A DNA stretch of 64,000 bases, taken from NCBI GenBank assembly GCA_012295275.1, contig CM022673.1, positions 17,484,001 through 17,548,000 of the forward strand. Direction: 5' to 3'. The notes beneath the pieces are model-generated. The model did no database searches, was not told where the DNA came from, and saw nothing but the letters and a program-made list of their open reading frames with translations. How positions within the stretch are numbered: position 1 is the first letter of the stretch; every line of letters begins with the position of its first letter. Below are positions 1 through 30,600 of this stretch, one piece after another. Both the position numbers and the translations under genes were made by a program. The stretch is from Chrysomallon squamiferum (taxonomy: Eukaryota; Animalia; Mollusca).

Positions 1-420
1 AAACACGCTAATGAATCACGTGAAAACTTGTCACAATATGCTGCGGGCACTGGGATGCGACAACACGTCTGCAAATTGGCGCCTAGCTCCGTATGCTCAC
101 GTCTCGAGATGACAGTAATGGCCGCCAATCGACAATCACTTCCTAAATATACATTTATTTAATCCTTTACCTCTCTAAATTCAGACTTATTGGTTAAATC
201 TCAATAATAATCATTTCTCTTGCGAGTTCTAAAAACAACCTGGCGGGTCCAAGTGAAGATTTTTCACTGCCATGTATTACAGTTAATTACGCTTTGACAC
301 GGCTGTAAAATAATATCTTTTAGACTCTGTCTCGCCATCCAGTCTGTTTGGGCAGAAAATATCTGAAATAATCAATCATTCATTACATATTATCAAATTT
401 CCTCTCATAATAAAACATAC

Positions 421-627
421 GGTGATAATCGGCAGTTTGTGGTCGTTCACGGTATCGTTGACGAACGAACAGACCACAGCCAATCGACTGGCTAATGGGC
501 GGGTAAAGCTTTCGGAGTCCCTCGGTCTAGACGTGCGAGAATAACGTTCAGACGAGAATTCCTGATCGGGCACGTGGCGGAGCCGACTGGAACCGGAGAA
601 GGCCGATTGACAGCGCTGGCCTTTCAT
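421..627 (-). CDS. Candidate first coding exon of an unidentified gene continuing left of the window (MKGQRCQSAFSG..HKLPIIT)
   Basis: GC/CpG-rich island; polypyrimidine acceptor tctttgcag (exon start 857); first in-frame ATG at 627; donor ACC|GTATGT at 420; no recognisable domain. Confidence 0.4.
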
Positions 628-997
628 TAGTATGTCATTATACACCGCTCCGGCACTTAATAATGCATTTTCTCTCGTGTTTGTCTGTCATCGCAATATT
701 TCCTATCAACGCTATTGTTTAACTGAAAGTAAAAAGGCTGCAGCGAGTAATATGAACCGATATCGTTTTTCAAAATCGCGTCTGAACGAGACACAATGCA
801 AAGAGTATGCAGATGGTGACGCGATAGCGATAAAGAAGAAATAATAATGCGAATTTTCTGCAAAGATAACAAAAGAAAGAAACGAAATGTAATCCCTTTA
901 AATATACAGCCCGTCAAAAATATCCTTTCGTCTCATTTGTTCAGCAGCATATAAATAATTTTAACTTTATTATTCATTTTAGTATTTATTTGTTTGT

Positions 998-1040
<43 letters not shown>

Positions 1041-1468
1041 TATTTATGAAAATAATGCTAATATTATTTTTTAACAAAAGTAATATATAGAATTGCTGTT
1101 AATGTTTTCGGTTATAAAGTTGAGTTTTTACAAATTTAAGTAATACCACGAGATTATAAATATTTAGAATATAATATCTTTTCTTCTTTACAATAAATAA
1201 ATAAATTTAAAATAGCTAACATAAAGGTATAAATTTCCGAAATATGTTCAAAAGAGACAGCATTAAACAAGAAACAAAAAATAATATAAATAAATAAGTC
1301 TGAAGGAAAGATAAAATATGTAGTTTTCCATTTTTATTCAATCCTGTAGTATTTTCGATAAAAAGAACAACAACTAAATAAATAAATAAACAAATAAATA
1401 AACGTTTATTTTCTTTTTCTTTTTCTTTTTTGTTTATATTTATTTTCTCTTTTTTTTTTTTTTTTTAT

Positions 1469-1501
<33 letters not shown>

Positions 1502-2544
1502 TGCTCTTAGTTCAGTAAACAGCTATCACATTTCAAAAAATAATTTTCAAAATCCTTGCCTGTGTACTTAATCTTGTCAAGAACTTGTTATATGTTGTGA
1601 ATATAATTTTATAGTTCCTTTTTTATGATATATTCAAAATGTCTAAGACTATTAAAAAATTTTCGACGGTATAACACAAAATGTAATACTTTCAAATTTT
1701 GTTTATCGCTCTGGTGATAAGATAACCTGAGTAATTTGTTTATATTTTTATTTGTACTACTGACTAATATTTGCTAAAAATAAAGTCTGGTAATAATATC
1801 AACGCATATATCTGCACACTAACATTTTAAACAGACTTCTTATGCTGAGTGTCATATCGTACAGAGAAATATTTTGAAATTTGGATGGCTTTACACACAT
1901 AAATACACAAAACACACACACACGCAACATGCATATACACACACACAGCTACAATCAAAAACACTCACCCACACCCACACCCACATTTCTTTAATAAAAT
2001 AACAAACTTTCCTTTAATCTTACTCGTGTCGGGACAGTACGTGCCATGATACTTTGATAAACTAAGACTGATGTCACGAACTCTCTCGATTTGTACACGA
2101 ACTACAGCCCACATTCTGAGTCTGTGTTCAGTCATTAACAAAACAACAGTAATTAAATAAATGATTAATCTCTTTCTCTTTTAAAGTAACGTAATTTCAA
2201 AATAACAGACTCTGATACCGACGGACGCTGTGACGCCATTAGACGTTGTAATTGTGATATTTATCTACGAGATGTAGAATAATAACAATTATAAACGTGG
2301 AAAAGAACTCGCTGTGCTTTGATACAACGTAGCCATTTGGCAGACTTCGCTGTTGTAATTGGTAGGTATGTGAAGTTCAAACGTCACGTACAGGTTCTCC
2401 GTCTATTTGTTTGTATTAGCGAGAACAAGTTACATACACCAGATAAGATGTGTTTTTTTAACAATTTCATTTATTTTTGTTTTATTCACCCCAGTGACAC
2501 TCTCGGCTATGTATGTAAAAAATGTCTCGCAGTAGAAAGAACAC

Positions 2545-2725
2545 ACAGCTTTGAGACAAAGAACACTGATCTGAGAATGTAATGGTCGCAAAATCCACCC
2601 TCCTCGTGCAGCTCATTGCTTTATTTCCCGTTCTAGTCCGTGCTCCTATTAATGGCTTATCTATAAACGTGGTTTGTTCTTCCCAGTCGCTTGCAATTTC
2701 TGAAAGAGTGACAGCGAGATACTTT
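2545..2725 (+). mobile_element. Degenerate tRNA-derived SINE (molluscan Meta-core-like)
   Basis: gctcattgctttatttcccgttctagtccgtgctcc..ggt(t)tgttcttcccagtc resembles the recalled gastropod SINE core ccattgggctatttctcgttccagccagtgc; not verified by search. Confidence 0.55.
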
Positions 2726-2919
2726 TAATTTTTATACATATACTTCACTTTTGACGTTTTGTTTAAATATATATAAAAAGTCACCGCCTAAACTGTTTTG
2801 ACCTTGTGAAAGAAGTTACAGTCATTTTCTTTTAAAAATAAAATTTGGTTCTTTTAGTAATTATCATGGTTTAATTTAAAATATAAATGATTAATTTTTT
2901 TTTTTTATGTATTATTATT

Positions 2920-2951
<32 letters not shown>

Positions 2952-3256
2952 TTTTTTGTTGTTGTTGTTTCCTTTTTTTTTCTTACTACTTCAGTAAATT
3001 CAATTCTGCGTAAAACATTAAAAATAAGAGAAAAATGTGTAAACTTTCCCACACTCAGACCACATCTTACACATCCTTCTAGAATGGTTCACTAACTAGT
3101 AAGAATGCATTTTACAGTAAATAGGAGTAAAGTAGTGATGATGATGATGATGATAATAATAATAATAATGCTGGGCAAAAATACAAAAATACAAATATAA
3201 TGTTATTTAAATAACATTAAACGTATTGCTTTCGAATAGCCGTGTGAATGTTTAGC

Positions 3257-3329
<73 letters not shown>

Positions 3330-3367
3330 ATCTTTGTGATTTCCATTCTGTCTCTTATTTTTATGCT

Positions 3368-3398
<31 letters not shown>

Positions 3399-4159
3399 TT
3401 ATTATATGTTGTATATTTCTTGCTTTCTATTTTTCTTATATCTTTAATTTTCATTCAGAACACGTACACACAAATATTAATGATTATAATGCTGTCCTTT
3501 CATTCATAACCTGACGAGTTTTATGTGTCTTGCTGTGTTAAACTTTTATGTCTTTGTGATCAAAAGCTCAGCGTCAAAATTTAACTGTTCTGCTCGTAAA
3601 TTTGTGATCAAGTTTTTTTCACACACACAGTAAAGACACGAACACACGTTTTTCTGTAATCAGATGCGAATCCTAGGCAATTTTATTATCATAGTTAAAT
3701 ATATTAATAAAAAAAATATAGTTATTTTTACCACAAGAAAGAATAATAGTTATCCGCGTTACTATTAAATTGACTTGGAAATATGTAGTTGGAATATGTA
3801 TTTATATATTTTCATATTAAATTTAATTTTGTTTTGTTTGATGTATTTCTGCTTTTTTTTCTTTTTCTTTATATATTATCTTTTTTATTTTGACTACTTT
3901 TAAACCTTAGAAGGAAATCTAAAATTTTCTGCTTTATTTCTGTTTAACTTTCAACTTTATTGTTTAGCTAACAATGGTGAGATAATTCAAAAGAGCAAAA
4001 TCGTTAAAAAATTTTGGTTTTATTATATTTTTTATAATAATGAAAACGGATCATAGTTGATGCGTACAAAACTGGGACAGAGCTTTACTATTTTCATTGT
4101 CAATAAGAAATAATACAGTGAAACAAACAAACAAACAAACAGATTAATGAATAAATAAA

Positions 4160-4212
4160 TAGAAATATAACAATAATAACAATAATAACAATAATAAGAA
4201 TAATAATAATAA

Positions 4213-4243
<31 letters not shown>

Positions 4244-4337
4244 AAGAAGAAGAAGAAGAAGAAGAAAAAGAAGAAGAAGAAGAAGAAGAAGAAGAAAAAG
4301 AAGAAGAAGAAGGAGGAGGAGGAGGAGGAGGAGGAGG
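4160..4337. repeat. Compound microsatellite (AAT/AAC)n-(GAA)n-(GGA)n
   Basis: Read directly. Confidence 0.95.
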
Positions 4338-4898
4338 AAAACAAGAACATTTATTTATTTCTATTATTTTTGGTATAATTATTAATTGTTTTTTTAATTT
4401 TTAGATGCTGTCACAACCGCCTCTATGGTTTGTCTGTGTATTTTCTAAACCACATATCATTCATTCTCGTTAATTTTAAAATCAGCAATATATCTTATTT
4501 TAAATTATAATGATTAAAAGAGGCAAAACAAACTTTAAAGTCTTCATAACTAAGATTAAAGAATAATAATAAAAAAAAAAATAATAATAAAACGTCTTCC
4601 ATCTGTCTTTGGTTACATTTCTGGCAATACAATATATGTTTAAAGAAAGAAAGATGAAAACAACAACAACAACAACATGAAAAAAAAAAGAGAAAAAGAA
4701 CGACAAATTTCCCCCCAAAACAATAACATAATTTAAAAGTGCTTTCAGATTTTAAATCATAAACGGAAAAAGAGTTGTCCCCCGCTATGAAATCTTCTTT
4801 GAAAGAGTAAAGAAGGTAAAGGATAAAAGAAAATGCTTCTTCTTTCAAATTTATTTTTGGCGTCTGCCGACTTAGTAATATAACCAATATACATAACA

Positions 4899-5107
4899 TC
4901 AAATATATTGAACTAGATTGGTAGCGCACATCAAAGCCATAGACACACTCAGAAAGCAAATCTGCCAAGAAAAACCACAAGATGCATCTAAATTATAATA
5001 ATTTTCACATGACGTTGGCCATCTTTCGTCTGGCTTCATACGGCCGACGTCACGCAACGACGGCGACGACGGCAATAATGCTGGGCGCCATGGTGTCGCT
5101 GTCGTGC
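4899..5107 (-). other. Orphan exon candidate (coding status unresolved)
   Basis: GC-rich island preceded by ttttctgcccattattcag acceptor. One frame runs to a hydrophobic C-terminus (..FSWQICFLSVSMALMCATNLVQYI*); a possible donor GCC|GTATGA lies at 5041. Confidence 0.3.
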
Positions 5108-5458
5108 CTGAATAATGGGCAGAAAACACGAACATTCAGATGCGTGTACGCTATTGGTTTTGATATAACAGATGGCAAATGGCAAGTTTTGTTTATAGGT
5201 TCCGTTTTAGCACGAGCTCCGATAATTATTACGTTACAAAGAGACAAAAAGTGAAATGGATCTACGTGTTAAAGTTACAGGTGTTGGGCTGGCATTCAGT
5301 GTAGTTGTGACGTTAGAATTACACGCCAAACACTTCCATAAAAATCACTGTTACTATCTGAAGACTGGATTGTTCAGAACTTGTCTTCTTTTTTAATTAG
5401 TATTATAATTTCCCCCCTTTATTTAATTTTATGATTATTATTATTGTTATTGTTGTTG

Positions 5459-5519
<61 letters not shown>

Positions 5520-7326
5520 GTAGTAGTAGTAGTAGTAGTAGTAGTAATAGTAAATAGGTAAAAAAAATATATATATTAAATACATTTTCAAAGTGAAAGC
5601 AAAGGTTTCAAATAATTATTTGTAACAGGGACCTTGGTACGTGTTTCACTACGTACGTCGTTATGTACGTACATCGACAACAAAACAGGGACACAGTTTC
5701 AGCTAACGTCATTTGTGTTTCGCATTTATGTCTTTTTGGACGGATGAAGAGCAAATGTAAGCAGTGTATGAACGTCACAAAAGTAGTTCTGTTTTATTAT
5801 TTATTTATTTTTTTATTGTTCTTTTTTTTTTTTTTTTTTTTTGGTAATTGTTGTTTTTACATGTATATTTATTTTTGTACAGTAAGTTATTTATTAAATA
5901 TTTATTTTTATTTGGAGCTTCACTACAGTTTATACATACGTAAGTTAAGTGGTGAAAATATGGTCTGTCTAGACTGTTATTTACATTAATTCCTCTTTAT
6001 ACGTCATTTTGTTATTCATCGTTTTTTCATTGTACGCATTAACGACTTACACCGAGAATCCTTGTGTATAAAAACAGTAAACAAAGTTAAAATATTTAAT
6101 ACAAAAGAAAGACAGAGAAACGAACATTTACATGTAAAAACAGACAAACGTACAAATCTACAGAGAGGCAGATGGAAAAACAGCAAATATGAAACCAATT
6201 TAGCTAAGAGCTCGCCAAACTTTATATTAAAAACAACAAGTTACCAAAAGCGTTGTGAATTTCTAAGAAACACAGCACTTGTTTTCAGACAGGTGCAGAG
6301 GATCCGATTTAAGAAAGGAAATAATAAATTTAAAAAACAAAATAAAAAAATAAAACAAAAAAAATAAAAAAAACATCAAATTCAAAAAAACAAACAAAAA
6401 AAACAAAAACAAAAACAACATCTTTAATAAATCGGCCAAAAGAATCACCTGGAAGTAGTTTTAAAATTTCTAATTTTAAATTTGACATCAGAAGATCCTA
6501 TGAAATATGAGTAGCATCAAATAGATTTCATTACCATTATTACAACATAATTAGTTTTATTATATTCTTCTTTCCATCTTGTAGGTCACGGTTGGTAAAG
6601 CAATGAGAGGCACGTGCCGTCCTGCGTGTAGAAATGTGATGTAAATATGTGCTTGCTGTCAGTTCAACAGCTGTATTAACTATGGCAAATAATTAGTGAA
6701 CAAACTTCAAAACCTTTTTTTATTTAAATTCTATTTTATTTTAATTTTAATTCATACGACGGTGTTTCCTAAATATTAATGTTTCTCCAATATTTCTTTA
6801 TTACAAAAACAAATCCATTTATTAATACTATTATTTATAATTATTTCTTAATTTTTATTTTGCTGTTTTATTAGCTTAACTACTACTACAGCTACTAAAA
6901 AACCGATATAGCAATAACAATTACTACTATTGCTAATACTAATACTACTAACACAGCATGAATAATAATAATAATTAGTATAATTATTATTACTATTGCT
7001 GTTGCTGCTGTTCTTATTTTTGTTATTGTTGTTGTTATTGTTTTTACTACTGCAACTACTACAGTTGTTATCATTATTATTATTATTATAATTAAATCTT
7101 GTTGTCTGAAAAAGGCGGAGTTTCCAGATATTTAAGTTTCACAGAATTAAGTATGAATTACGTCATTTAAATACACCACTGCCCACTAACGTCGTGGTCG
7201 TAGTAGACAGTAATTCGTTAACGTCAGCAGATTACTCCAGTCCACGACGCAGACATTCTCAGCTGATCAACACCGTGATGAACGGCTCTCTTTCAGTTTC
7301 ACTTTCTGCACCACGTGATCTGAATA

Positions 7327-7546
7327 TTAATCAAATAATTATTTACATATTCCAGTTTTAATCAAATACTTATTTACATATTCTCGCATTAATCAAATAA
7401 TTATTTAAATATTCCAGCTTTAATCCATTAATTATTTATATTTTCTAGTATTAATCAAATAATTATTTACATATTCTAGTTTTAATCAAATACTTATAAT
7501 TATTTATTTATTCAAATATTAATCAAATAATTATTTTTATATTCAC
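7327..7546. repeat. 31-bp AT-rich minisatellite, about 7 copies
   Basis: Unit TTAATCAAATAATTATTTACATATTCCAGTT. Confidence 0.88.
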
Positions 7547-7719
7547 GTTTTAGTAGTAGTAGTAGTATCAGTAGCAGCAGCAATAGTAGATGCAATAGTA
7601 ATAACTATAACAATAACAAAAAATAATAATAAAAAAATATATAAATAATATAATTACAGTAAATTTTAGTAAAATAAATTAAATGAACTGAATTGAAATT
7701 AATTAAACTGAACTAAATA

Positions 7720-7799
<80 letters not shown>

Positions 7800-9827
7800 A
7801 TGCTAAACATTCACTAAGCAATAAATATAATGTTATTTAAATTAAGGTATAAAAAGTATAACACGGATTAATACTGACTACAAAAATAAGAAAGTAAATA
7901 CTCTCTGACCAAGGCGGCCAGTCATAAATTACGTTTCGCCTGGAATCAAATGAAGTACCGGGATTAACTAATACAAACTGTGTCACGAATGTAGCATTTA
8001 TTTTCTAGTAGCTGAAAATGATAAAATATTTTCTAATGAATATTAGACTATATAACACAGTCTGAAGAATCGCGTATCTTTTTTTTTTTCATTTCCTTTT
8101 CTTTTTTCTTCTGCTAAAAAGTAAGTAAAATTTGCAGTCATTGTAGACTTTCACACGCATAAACATACATAAATATGAATTTTAGTCTCTGCAATTCCCA
8201 GGTCTGTATATGGTATTTAACTATAAGAAAAGCGAGAATTCGGTACAGTAAAAAAATACATCCACTTGTGATAAATATTGTTATACTGATATCAGCCCGC
8301 CGATCATTGTTAGAGTTTACATTATTTAAGAGATAATTCACAACTGTTCTGTTATCTACCCAGTATTTAAAGAAAAAAAGAGAAAAAAAAAGTAAAAGTA
8401 TTAATCTTTATAAAATAAAATCTTTATTGATACATTTACACTTCTGATTGTGTCACACTACTGAACCGATGTTTAATGGTGGTTTTTTTTTTTTTTTTTT
8501 TTTTTTTTTGAAAATAAATAAATAAATAAACAAGCAAACCCAGAAAAAAAAAAGAAAGAAAGAAAGAAAATATATAAACACTATAAAACATGTTACCCAA
8601 AGGCTAAATAATTGATTCTTAAATCGATCTAGACTACTTTAAGATGTTCTTTGTTAAGTCAGTTTACATTTTTCATACTGTATTACCCGCCAGATGTCAC
8701 TACTGTCTGTGTCGGGGCGACACTTCAAAAAGGGACATAAATATCCGTGATCGACAATTTACCAACTCAGTCTGTTGTTTTAGAGTTTCAACGTGAAATA
8801 AGAATTAACTGAATGAGTGGTTAGAAAGGCCTACGAATTAATAAATGAATATGCAGATTAAATAAACATGGTGAGAAATATAAAATAAAATAAAATAATG
8901 AAATGATTTTAGATGAAAAAACAATATATATATATAAAAGACATATATATATATACATAAATGTGAAAAAATAAAAATTGGTTAAATAATTGTTTCAGCA
9001 GATGTGCTATATAAAATTTATACAGACTGCAAACTATAGCAAATACATATATTTGACATCCAGAAAATCGAAGAAAATTTAATGGAAAATGCAGATGCCT
9101 GCACTATGCATAATTTTCTGAAATTTAAAAACTTTCTGTTTGGAATTAAATTTTTTGGTCAGTATTTTCAAATGCAAATATACAGATTATATTGACAGTA
9201 AATGGTTATTATAAATGTGAACTAATTCATTTTAGTGATAAATAGCGGGATGGTTTTTTTTTTTTTTTTTTTTTTTTGCCTAACAAATGAAAGAGCAAGA
9301 ACAAAAGAAACAAACAACGAACAAACAAACAAACAAAATAAATAAATAAATAAAATATAAATCCGGGAAAGTCAAATAACAAAAACATAAAAGATAGTAT
9401 TAACATAAATATAAATAAATAAATTAACAATTCCGATACTGTGTGTCTACATAATATATTAACATAGCGCGGAGCAAACATCAGTCATTAAGCTGCTTGT
9501 TCTACACTGATGCAGTAGTAATTATGACGCATGTTTCGTGTCCCTGACTGCCATTTAGATACCATCGGACCTGGCGCGACTAGGAAATGATTTTCGTCAA
9601 ACACTGTCGCTAGCCGTGTCATTAAAAGCGAGCTTGTAGACCAATTCTTTCTTCTTTAATCCGCTTCAGGTTACAACGACTGGGGCTCAGTTTACTCGGC
9701 TCCGCGCAGCTTTTATCATCAACTGATCTATTATTTTAGCTACAAAAATAAGGGCGGTTCCACATCTGTCAGGGGTGTTTGGTGACGACAGCACTGACAT
9801 TCATTTGATAGATAATAATAATAATAA

Positions 9828-9858
<31 letters not shown>

Positions 9859-10256
9859 AAGAAGAATTGGAAACTTAGGTAATTAAATTTAACATCGCGG
9901 TCTTCAGTATGCCATTATTATGTCTAATAAGATGTTTGAAACTGCAATGCTGCTTTTTTCATTAGCAATAAAGTAGTACACCTTTTCATAGACTGACACC
10001 TTTGATAAGCCTGTCATGGTTGAAATGATGCGCTTTGAATTAAATTATTTTATAAACAACAATGGCAACAACAATATTAAATAAAATAAAATAAATAAAT
10101 TAAAAAAAATAATAATAAAAAATTGTAAAAAATAATAGCAATAACAATAAATAAATAAATAAGGAAAAATCCAAACAATTAAGGTTAAAACATATCTTTT
10201 AAATTATTAATGTTAAAAAATTAACAAAAAACAAAAACAAGAAAAAAAATCAAGAA

Positions 10257-10329
10257 GCCCCGCCTTTATCTCATTAGTTCCACCCTTTCAGTTCCAGCGT
10301 GCAAATTGGCGTGACGTCAGCCAATTTGC
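10257..10329. promoter_or_regulatory. GC box plus palindromic CCAAT-CRE-CCAAT element
   Basis: GCCCCGCC at 10257-64; GCAAATTGGC-G-TGACGTCA-GCCAATTTGC at 10301-10329. Confidence 0.45.
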
Positions 10330-11001
10330 GAGTGTTAATTCCTTCCATGTTGGAATCGATAGTTCAATACTGATATTGCTATAAAGTTACGCCTGGCGTA
10401 AACTTACATTGTGTTATCTGCTCTAATCGTTAATGTCACGAGAAGTCCCAGTCGAGTGCTCTGCACAGCTGTTGCAGTATTTCTTCATGTGGCGTATTAT
10501 TGTTTCAAAAATTGAAAAATGAACATAATTAGAGTCACGAAGGAGATAGTTTTCTCGCTAAGTTAATAAAAAAAATAAAATAAAATAATAATAATAATAA
10601 AATAAAAAATAAAAAAATAAAACAACTGAAACGAAACATTAGCAGCAAATATTCGCACGTATATTTACATAAATGCATAAGCGCACAAACATATTTGGGT
10701 AATAAAATAAATTTAAGTATTTTTTATATATATTTTCCCATTATGGTCTGATTAAATAGGTGTTTACAACTGCATGTATCTGGTTAAAAACAAAAAGTCA
10801 TGGTTAAAAAAAGCATTAAAAAAAAAGCAAAGGGACAGTTAACATATTAATATCATGTGAGTTGTCTCCCATGAACACTCTTACACTATCAACAGGAAAA
10901 TACCGAGAACAAAATCATAATATAAATTAAAGTTTAATATAGTTGCTTATGTTCGTAGATCGTACACTAAATATGTTTATAACTACACAAACATAACTAA
11001 A

Positions 11002-11034
<33 letters not shown>

Positions 11035-11356
11035 TTTAATCATGAAAACAACATTATTAATAAGCAATTTTTGAGTTAGTACAATGATGTATTATAATTA
11101 AAAAACCTCAACAAAACAAACAAACAAAACTATCAAAAAATAAATATAACAGTTTTTTTCAGTATACAATAATTATTTCATCATTAAGGTGGCTTCAAAT
11201 TCTAACAGGTTTCCTCTCAGTATCCAACAATTTTTGTCTAACCCAGTTTATAAATTATGTTACACTATATTTAGCTGTTCAAACAAGACCCATTTTAAAT
11301 ATACATTTATACAGCCATTAATTTATGACTTTTATTACTTTTATTGTTGTTGTTGC

Positions 11357-11399
<43 letters not shown>

Positions 11400-11699
11400 T
11401 CATCTGTTTATATATTATTTTCTTCTGTTTATTAATTTTTGTCTATTCAAAGCTACAATCATTTTAAATAATATACTAAATTTATTTGGGCTGTACATTA
11501 AGTTTAACACAGCCACAGACAAATTTTAGTGTTAACAATTTCACTTGTTTTTTTGTCACTGTAGACATGGATACACATATACACATTCAGTGCCTCTGTG
11601 TTAAATATATTTTTATTACTGCTTGTAGATAATTGTGTTTTATCTTATTTTTCAAGATATCACAGAATGTATAGCTTTCTGATCAACATAATTTCAATG

Positions 11700-29812
<18,113 letters not shown>

Positions 29813-30309
29813 TGCCTTAAAATATGAATAAATAACTATTACTCGTTAAGCGCGTAATTTATAATTTTATGAAATACTGCAATACACTGTATCATGCAGA
29901 AGTTGTACATGAACTTTGAACCGCGATTAGTCTTCTTGTTTCTTTAAGCTGAGTAAGCTATGTTTAGTTTCGTAATCATCCCTCTTTTTATGCCTATTCA
30001 TAGTAAATTTTATTATCAGATACATACAGTCTTTGTTGGCTAATTAAACAGGGTAAACGTTTTCATTTGATAAAAGAAAGAAAATGATATTAACAAATTA
30101 TCATTTTAGAATTACTTTTAGAATTGCTTTAAGTGCATAAATAGTACATTCTAGTATACTGTATTAATATGTCACGACTTCAATGTTGATCATACCCTTA
30201 TCTTTCAGATTAATGAAGAACAGTTGTTGAAAACACCGTATTAATCACGGTGCGCGCAGAATGTGTGACGGAACTGCTAAATTACCAATCCATAGACTAA
30301 TCTCCTGTC
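29813..30309. promoter_or_regulatory. Bidirectional EHHADH/FBXL4 promoter region, including a probable non-coding FBXL4 exon ending 29952 and intron 29953-30208
   Basis: Divergent ATGs 498 bp apart; GA|GTAAGC donor at 29953 and tctttcag acceptor ending 30208. Confidence 0.7.
29910..29922 (-). promoter_or_regulatory. DR1 nuclear-receptor element (HNF4/RXR/PPAR-type) GGTTCA-A-AGTTCA
   Basis: TGAACTTTGAACC on + strand, about 100 bp upstream of the EHHADH ATG. Confidence 0.55.
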
Positions 30310-30600
30310 ATGGGTCTATTACTGAGGCTGCTAGCGATTATGAAACGAGAAAAACGGTGTACGATGGCAACAACAAATTCAGATGAAGAATCAAATTCGT
30401 TATCAAAAACTGGGGAAAATTGTCAACAGTCGAGAGCTTTGCAGCCTGGTGTTGGAATAATTGAACAATTTGGACAAGCAGTTATTGATTTTAGTTCACA
30501 ATATGGAAGTGACACGAGCATATCCTATACGGCTTGCAATTTAGCTGGTGGTATTAACATTCACCCAAATTACGGCGACTACACCCAAGCTTGTGTATTT
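30310..30600 (+). CDS. FBXL4: FBXL4 coding exon 1
   Basis: ORF 30310..; DFSSQYGS motif; donor TTT|GTAAGT; exon probably starts at acceptor 30209. Confidence 0.92.

Noticed and set aside
2595-2615. CAC-CCTCCTC-GTG resembling an HDV-like ribozyme P3/L3
   Set aside because: No P1/P2/P4 partners found; better explained as part of a SINE head
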